A DNA stretch of 30,639 nt from Clostridiales bacterium (lineage in GTDB: Bacteria > Bacillota > Clostridia > Caldicoprobacterales > UBA3941). The notes beneath the pieces were generated by a model. That model was given only the letters and a program-made list of their open reading frames with translations. It was not told where the DNA came from and made no database searches. The stretch is from assembly GCA_012522165.1 (NCBI GenBank), contig JAAYKZ010000021.1, positions 1-30,639 of the forward strand, in the 5' to 3' direction. Position 1 is the stretch's first letter, and each line of letters opens with the position of its first letter. Made by a program: the position numbers and the translations under genes. Of the stretch, positions 25,347 through 30,639 are shown piece by piece.

Positions 25347-27068
25347 ATGCACATGGATATAAGAAAAACCATGGAGGAGAGAGTACTTTTTTTCGATGGT
25401 GCTATGGGCACTATGGTACAGCGTGCAGGCCTAAAGGCAGGACAGCAGCCTGAAGTCTATAACATGATCCATCCGGAAATCATTACTTCTATACATAAAG
25501 CTTATGTGGATGCAGGTGCTGATATTATAACTACAAACACTTTTGGAGCTAATGATTACAAGCTCCAGGGCACTGGATATACTGTGGAAGAAATTGTTGA
25601 GCAGGGAGTAAGTCTGGCACGTCAAGCAGCAGGAGATAGATGGGTTGCATTAGATATTGGTCCTATTGGTCAGCTTATGGAACCTAATGGAACCTTATCC
25701 TTTGACCATGTATACAATACTGTGGCCAGACAAGTCAAGGCTGGAGCAAAGGCTGGAGCTGATTTAGTAATAATCGAAACCTTAACGGATATCTATGAGA
25801 TGAAGGCAGCTGTATTGGCTGTAAAAGAGAATTCATCCCTACCAGTGTTCTGTACTCTTACATATGGGGAAAGCGGCAGGACCATGATGGGAACCGATCC
25901 TTTAACAGCCGTTAATATATTGGAGGGCTTGGGAATAGACGCTGTAGGTGCCAACTGTTCCCTAGGTCCTAAGGAGCTATTACCCATAGTAGAGGAAATT
26001 GTAAGATATGCCCATATACCTGTGATTATTCAACCCAATGCAGGGTTGCCAAGACTTGAAAATGGAGAAACGGTCTTTACTACAAGCCCTGAGGAGTTTG
26101 CTACCTATGCCAGAGAGATGATAAAAAAGGGTGTTAGGATAATAGGCGGATGTTGTGGCACAACTCCTGAATTTATAAAGACCTTAAGAGATCAAGTTCA
26201 GGATATAATCCATAAACCGCCAGTAACTCTACCAAAGAGAATAACTGCTGTATCTTCATCCTCAAATACCGTAATAATAGGCCAAGATATAAAGGTGGTA
26301 GGAGAGAGGATAAACCCCAGTGGCAAAAAATCCATAGAAAAAGCCTTGGTAGAACAGGACTTTGATGAGATTATTTCCCAGGCTATAGAACAAAAAATGG
26401 CTGGGGCTCACATATTGGATATAAATGTAGGTTTACCTCAGATAGATCAAAAAGATACAATGGTAAAGTTAATTACTGAATTACAGGCTATGGTAAATAC
26501 ACCCTTGCAAATAGATAGCACAAATCCTGAGGTTATAGAAGCAGCAGTACGAATTTATAATGGAAAACCTATTATAAATTCGGTGAATGGTGAGAAAAAA
26601 TCCATGGAAGCTATATTTCCCATCGCAAGAAAATACGGTGCATGTGTAGTGGGGCTTACCTTGGATGAAAATGGCATGCCCAATACAGCGCAGGAGAGGC
26701 TGGAGATAGCTAAGAAAATAGTATATACTGCCCTGGAATATGGGGTCCCCAAAGAAAATATAATTATTGATACCTTAGTACTATCAGCTGCGACAAATCA
26801 AGAAAGTATAATAGAGACTCTTAAGGCAGTAGAAATGGTCAAGGCGGAGCTGGGAGTTAATACTATGCTGGGTATTAGCAATATTTCCTTTGGATTACCT
26901 AAGCGCAGCCTGCTGAATCGCACTTTCTTGGCTATGGCTTTAAATAGTGGTTTGGATGCCGCCATTATAGATCCTTTAGATAATAGTATGATGGCCACAA
27001 TAGATGCCTATAGGGTTTTGGCTAATAAGGACAGCTATGGGATGGAATATATAAATAAACACAGATAA
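25347..27068 (+). CDS. metH: Methionine synthase N-terminal module (homocysteine-binding + pterin-binding domains; no cobalamin-binding or reactivation domain)
   Basis: FDGAMGT, GANCSLGP and GGCCGT Zn ligands; pterin domain VGERINPSG, LDINVG, QIDS, INSVNG, SNISFGLP. Ends at MEYINKHR* with no DxHxxG motif. Start may be ATG 25353. Confidence 0.85.
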   Translation: MHMDIRKTMEERVLFFDGAMGTMVQRAGLKAGQQPEVYNMIHPEIITSIHKAYVDAGADIITTNTFGANDYKLQGTGYTVEEIVEQGVSLARQAAGDRWVALDIGPIGQLMEPNGTLSFDHVYNTVARQVKAGAKAGADLVIIETLTDIYEMKAAVLAVKENSSLPVFCTLTYGESGRTMMGTDPLTAVNILEGLGIDAVGANCSLGPKELLPIVEEIVRYAHIPVIIQPNAGLPRLENGETVFTTSPEEFATYAREMIKKGVRIIGGCCGTTPEFIKTLRDQVQDIIHKPPVTLPKRITAVSSSSNTVIIGQDIKVVGERINPSGKKSIEKALVEQDFDEIISQAIEQKMAGAHILDINVGLPQIDQKDTMVKLITELQAMVNTPLQIDSTNPEVIEAAVRIYNGKPIINSVNGEKKSMEAIFPIARKYGACVVGLTLDENGMPNTAQERLEIAKKIVYTALEYGVPKENIIIDTLVLSAATNQESIIETLKAVEMVKAELGVNTMLGISNISFGLPKRSLLNRTFLAMALNSGLDAAIIDPLDNSMMATIDAYRVLANKDSYGMEYINKHR

Positions 27069-27071
27069 GAA

Positions 27072-27117
27072 AAAACTAGAGGGGCAGCAATACAATTTTT
27101 TGCTGCTCTCTAGTTTT
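27072..27117. terminator. Bidirectional terminator embedded in the last codons of nrdG
   Basis: AAAACTAGAGGGGCAGCAA (27072-27090) / TTGCTGCTCTCTAGTTTT (27100-27117); only 7 nt separate the convergent stops. Confidence 0.7.
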
Positions 27118-27585
27118 ATTCATGTCAATAATACGCTGGTTTTCGGAGCCCCGGAAGGGAAGTAATAGATTTTTCTTTTCTATGTCAAATTTACCATCTA
27201 CTAGAATATCCGAAACGTCTAGCAACTCTTTCCAACCATTTGTACTACTGCCTTCCTTTAATAGATATTCATAGGTATATCCCGTGTAGGTCATAATATT
27301 CATACCCAAATCTTTAAGCCTTTGTCCTAGTAAAGCAAAGGCTTTTGCCTGTGCAAAGGGTTCCCCACCGCTAAAGGTAACGCCGTCTAACAAAGGATTT
27401 TTCTTCACTATATCTAATATATCATCTAGAGTCACCAAACGCCCTCCTTCAAAGGGGTGGGTTTGGGGGTTATGACAGCCTTTGCACCGATGTGGACAGC
27501 CCTGGGCAAAAACCACCAGCCTAATGCCTGGACCGTCTACAATAGATTCATCTACAATTCCGGCTATTCTAATAGTAGTATTCAA
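27076..27585 (-). CDS. nrdG: Anaerobic ribonucleotide reductase activating protein (radical SAM)
   Basis: SIVDGPGIR, CPHRCKGC, TFSGGEPF, YTGY and FRGSENQR motifs; follows nrdD. Confidence 0.96.
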   Translation of the reverse strand: MNTTIRIAGIVDESIVDGPGIRLVVFAQGCPHRCKGCHNPQTHPFEGGRLVTLDDILDIVKKNPLLDGVTFSGGEPFAQAKAFALLGQRLKDLGMNIMTYTGYTYEYLLKEGSSTNGWKELLDVSDILVDGKFDIEKKNLLLPFRGSENQRIIDMNKTREQQKIVLLPL

Positions 27586-27606
27586 TATCCTTCCTCCATA
27601 TATATC

Positions 27607-29937
27607 CTATAAATTTGGGCTCATGTTAAAATGTTTTATACGATCTCGCACTTCAGCTCTTTTTGCATTGTTAAAGCGGTCTAGGGTTCCTACAAGATAG
27701 CCCGTAATTCTGCGAATTCTTTCGAACTTTACATCTCCTTCTTCTCTACCACAGGAAGGACAGGTGTTGCCAATAATACCGGTATATCCGCAAACTGGGT
27801 CTCTATCTACTGGATGATTTATGGAACCGTATCCCACTCCTGCTTCTTTCATAGCTCTTACTATTTTTTCAAAAGCTGCCAGGTTTTGTGTTGGATCTCC
27901 GTCCAGCTCAATATAGGTAATATGTCCTGCATTGGTTAGTTCATGATAGGGTGCCTCCAACCTAATTTTATCAAAAGCATTGATTTTATAATATACAGGA
28001 ATATGGAAGCTATTAGTGTAGTATTCCCGATCCGTTATACCTGGTATATTGCCAAAAATCTCTCTATCTATCTTAACAAATCTGCCAGCGGTACCTTCTG
28101 CAGGAGTAGCCAATAGGGTAAAGTTTAGTTTCAAGGATTGGCTGACCTCGTCTAACCGCTTACGCATATGGGTTACAATTTTTAATCCTAATTCTTGTGC
28201 TTCTTCTGACTCTCCATGATGTTTGCCAATAAGAGCCTTTAGACATTCAGCTAGACCAATAAAGCCTACGGACATAGTACCGTGCTTAATAACTTCTCTT
28301 ATTTCATCCTCATAGCCTAGCTTCTCTGAATCCAGCCATATATGCTGTCCCATAAGGAAAGGGAAATTTTTTACCTTTTTCTTAGCTTGAATTTCAAATC
28401 GCTCCAGTAGTTGCTCTACAACCAAAGCTATTCTTTCATCCAGCTCCTCAAAGAAACCATCAATGTCCCCCTTGTGTCTTAAGCCTAATCTGGGAAGATT
28501 TATGGTGGTAAAGCTTAGATTACCTCTACCAGTTACAATCTCTTTGGAAGGATCATGTACATTTCCAATAACCCTTGTTCTACATCCCATATATGCAATT
28601 TCAGTTTCTGGATTACCTGGTTTATAGTATTTTAAGTTAAAGGGAGCATCCAAAAAGGAGAAATTGGGGAAAAGCCTTTTTGCGCTAACCCTACAAGCTA
28701 AGCGGAACAGGTCATAGTTGGGATCACCAGGGTTATAGTTAATTCCTTCTTTAATCTTGAATATATGTATAGGGAATATAGGAGTTTCTCCATTTCCAAG
28801 CCCAGCCTCTGTAGCCAATAGCAGGTTTTTAATTACAAGCCTGCCTTCAGGAGAGGTATCGGTTCCATAGTTTAGGGAGCTAAAGGGTATCTGTGCTCCT
28901 GCACGACTATGCATGGTATTCAGATTATGAACCAAAGCCTCCATAGCTTGATAGGTTTCTCTATCAATTTCTTTAAGAGCTTTATCCTTTGCAAATCTCT
29001 GAGATTTTTCTATAAACTCTTTATTTCCAAATATTTCATATAAGAGCTGTGCTTCCCTATCTAGGTATTCATCATCATCTTCCATTCTGGGTATTAAGCC
29101 ATAATCCTTTTCTATTTTATCAAAAACGGATAAAATTTTATCCTCCTGATAATCTTGGTCTAGTAATAGTTCAAGATACTTCATAAGATTTTGAGTATAT
29201 AATTTCCTATAGGATTTTATTACACCAGGTGCCATGCCATAATCAAAGTTGGGTATGCTTTGACCGCCGTGCTGATCATTTTGGTTAGATTGTATAGCGA
29301 TACAGGCAAGGGCAGAATAGCTTTGGATGCTATTTGGTTCTCTAAGATAGCCGTGGCCTGTACTAAATCCCCCTTTAAAAAGCTTTTCAATATCAATTTG
29401 ACAGCAAGTAGTAGTTAGTGTTAAAAAATCCAGATCATGAATATGTATATCACCTGACTTATGGGCTTCAGAATGCTCGGGATTTAGCACATACATATCA
29501 TAAAATTGCTTGGCACTTTCGGAACCATATTTTAACATAGTTCCCATGGCAGTATCTCCGTTGATATTGGCGTTTTCCCGTTTTAGATCATTATCCTTTG
29601 CATCCTTAAAGGTGAGGTCTTCTAACACCTTCATGAGACGGGTGTTCATCTCGCGCACTCTAGTTCTTTCAGCGCGATAAAGGATATAAGCTTTTGCAGT
29701 TGCAGCATGTCCATTCTCTATTAAAACTTTTTCAACCACATCTTGTATGTACTCTACTGTAGGAACTTGACCATCCATTTCTTGGTTTAAAACTCTGGCA
29801 ACTTGGTTTGCTAGCTCCATGGCTGTATTATAATCGTTACCTCCACATGCCATGGCAGCTTTAAAAATAGCATTGGCGATTTTTTCCAAATTAAAAGGAA
29901 CTTCTCGACCATCCCTCTTTCTAATCTTAGTAATCAA
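27607..29937 (-). CDS. nrdD: Anaerobic (class III) ribonucleoside-triphosphate reductase
   Basis: N-terminal ATP cone (KRDGREVPF), GDIHIHDLD, TTCC, YMGCRT, ATPAEG, C-terminal DPVC/CPSC and glycyl-radical RITGYL motif. Confidence 0.97.
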   Translation of the reverse strand: MITKIRKRDGREVPFNLEKIANAIFKAAMACGGNDYNTAMELANQVARVLNQEMDGQVPTVEYIQDVVEKVLIENGHAATAKAYILYRAERTRVREMNTRLMKVLEDLTFKDAKDNDLKRENANINGDTAMGTMLKYGSESAKQFYDMYVLNPEHSEAHKSGDIHIHDLDFLTLTTTCCQIDIEKLFKGGFSTGHGYLREPNSIQSYSALACIAIQSNQNDQHGGQSIPNFDYGMAPGVIKSYRKLYTQNLMKYLELLLDQDYQEDKILSVFDKIEKDYGLIPRMEDDDEYLDREAQLLYEIFGNKEFIEKSQRFAKDKALKEIDRETYQAMEALVHNLNTMHSRAGAQIPFSSLNYGTDTSPEGRLVIKNLLLATEAGLGNGETPIFPIHIFKIKEGINYNPGDPNYDLFRLACRVSAKRLFPNFSFLDAPFNLKYYKPGNPETEIAYMGCRTRVIGNVHDPSKEIVTGRGNLSFTTINLPRLGLRHKGDIDGFFEELDERIALVVEQLLERFEIQAKKKVKNFPFLMGQHIWLDSEKLGYEDEIREVIKHGTMSVGFIGLAECLKALIGKHHGESEEAQELGLKIVTHMRKRLDEVSQSLKLNFTLLATPAEGTAGRFVKIDREIFGNIPGITDREYYTNSFHIPVYYKINAFDKIRLEAPYHELTNAGHITYIELDGDPTQNLAAFEKIVRAMKEAGVGYGSINHPVDRDPVCGYTGIIGNTCPSCGREEGDVKFERIRRITGYLVGTLDRFNNAKRAEVRDRIKHFNMSPNL

Positions 29938-29974
29938 TTTTCTTCCCCCTTAGAACATTATCCTCCTTTATAGG

Positions 29975-30003
29975 ATTCTATCACACACTACTTATAGGTG
30001 CAA
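29975..30003 (-). promoter_or_regulatory. sigmaA promoter of nrdDG
   Basis: Minus strand TTGCAC (30003-29998), 17 nt, TAGAAT (29980-29975), with extended -10 TG. Confidence 0.75.
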
Positions 30004-30031
30004 ATGCCATAAAAAATACAATATGTAGTAT
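29985..30031. promoter_or_regulatory. Tandem NrdR boxes
   Basis: ACACTACTTATAGGTG (29985-30000, in the promoter spacer) and ATACAATATGTAGTAT (30016-30031) resemble acaCwAtATaTwGtgt and are 31 bp apart, the usual NrdR-box spacing. Confidence 0.75.
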
Positions 30032-30106
30032 ACGCCCGAAAAAATGACCTACATCGGCATATATATCCAAATATCTTTGTTTTTCGAGCCAGGAAGAATA
30101 TAGCCT

Positions 30107-30639
30107 TTAGACAAGTAAAAACTTCTTCATTATTTCATGGCCTTGCTCTATAAATATTCCTGTTTCTTTAGCATAAAATTCATCATAGCTAATGCTCTTA
30201 TCTTTTATGTTATTTATATCTTTATTTCTATCATAAATAAGATATGGTACTGGATCTGATGTATGTGTTCTTAAAGCTAGAGGAGTAGGGTGGTCTGGCA
30301 GAATCATTATTCTGTAATCCTCATACATCTCTAACCCTTCTAAAAGCGTTCCAAGCACCAATTCATCAATTAGCTCTATGGATTTTACTTTATTATGAAT
30401 CTCTTGCCGATGCCCACATTCATCTGGAGCTTCTATGTGAATATATACAAAATCCTGGCCTGATTTTAACTCCTCTAAAGCAGCTTCAGCCTTGCCTTTA
30501 AAGTTGGTATTAATATTCCCTGTGGCTCCTTTTACATGGACAGGTTTTAAGCCTGCGCATATACCAATGCCCTTGATTAAATCTACAGCTGATATTACTG
30601 AGCCTTTTATACCATAAACTTCTTCAAACTTAGGTAGAG
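30107..30639 (-). CDS. apgM: Cofactor-independent phosphoglycerate mutase (ApgM-type), 3' part; runs off the window
   Basis: Frame is open to the window end: SAVDLIKGIG, GATG, YIHIEAPDECGH, ILPDHPTP, THTSDPVP. Confidence 0.88.
   Translation of the reverse strand, partial: LPKFEEVYGIKGSVISAVDLIKGIGICAGLKPVHVKGATGNINTNFKGKAEAALEELKSGQDFVYIHIEAPDECGHRQEIHNKVKSIELIDELVLGTLLEGLEMYEDYRIMILPDHPTPLALRTHTSDPVPYLIYDRNKDINNIKDKSISYDEFYAKETGIFIEQGHEIMKKFLLV

Noticed and set aside
2129-29937. Genome-wide reassignment of TAG to a sense codon
   Set aside because: TAG ends seven genes at apparently normal C-termini (2129, 7027, 9059, 16471, 21668, 27076, 27607). Only partial or conditional readthrough remains possible.

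Overview
Core-chromosome segment of a low-G+C, anaerobic, probably spore-forming Firmicute (Clostridia-like: sigmaA/sigmaG-type promoters, GGAGG RBSs, class III RNR, rubrerythrin, ComEC). About 28 CDSs: a short-chain chromate transporter pair, a CBM9-like gene, a sigmaG-type gene, an amino-methyltransferase, two ABC exporter modules (one with a YtrA-like GntR), an XRE regulator with 28-aa repeats, YkuK, CapA, comEC, pgi, a holin-like protein, Cu/Zn-SOD, rubrerythrin, RecQ, galU-pgm-HAD-CoA-disulfide reductase, fba, a MetH fragment, nrdDG and a partial cofactor-independent phosphoglycerate mutase. I found no tRNA, rRNA, IS element, prophage or CRISPR array. Most notable: (1) two genes with a single in-frame TAG followed by intact-looking coding sequence (1752 and 22367); (2) a MetH lacking its cobalamin-binding module; (3) an orphan holin directly upstream of a signal-peptide-less Cu/Zn-SOD; (4) an XRE protein with a 28-aa repeat domain and a 35-bp upstream palindrome; (5) an exact sigmaG-consensus promoter on an uncharacterised gene. 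Family assignments come from motif recognition only; no database searches were run.
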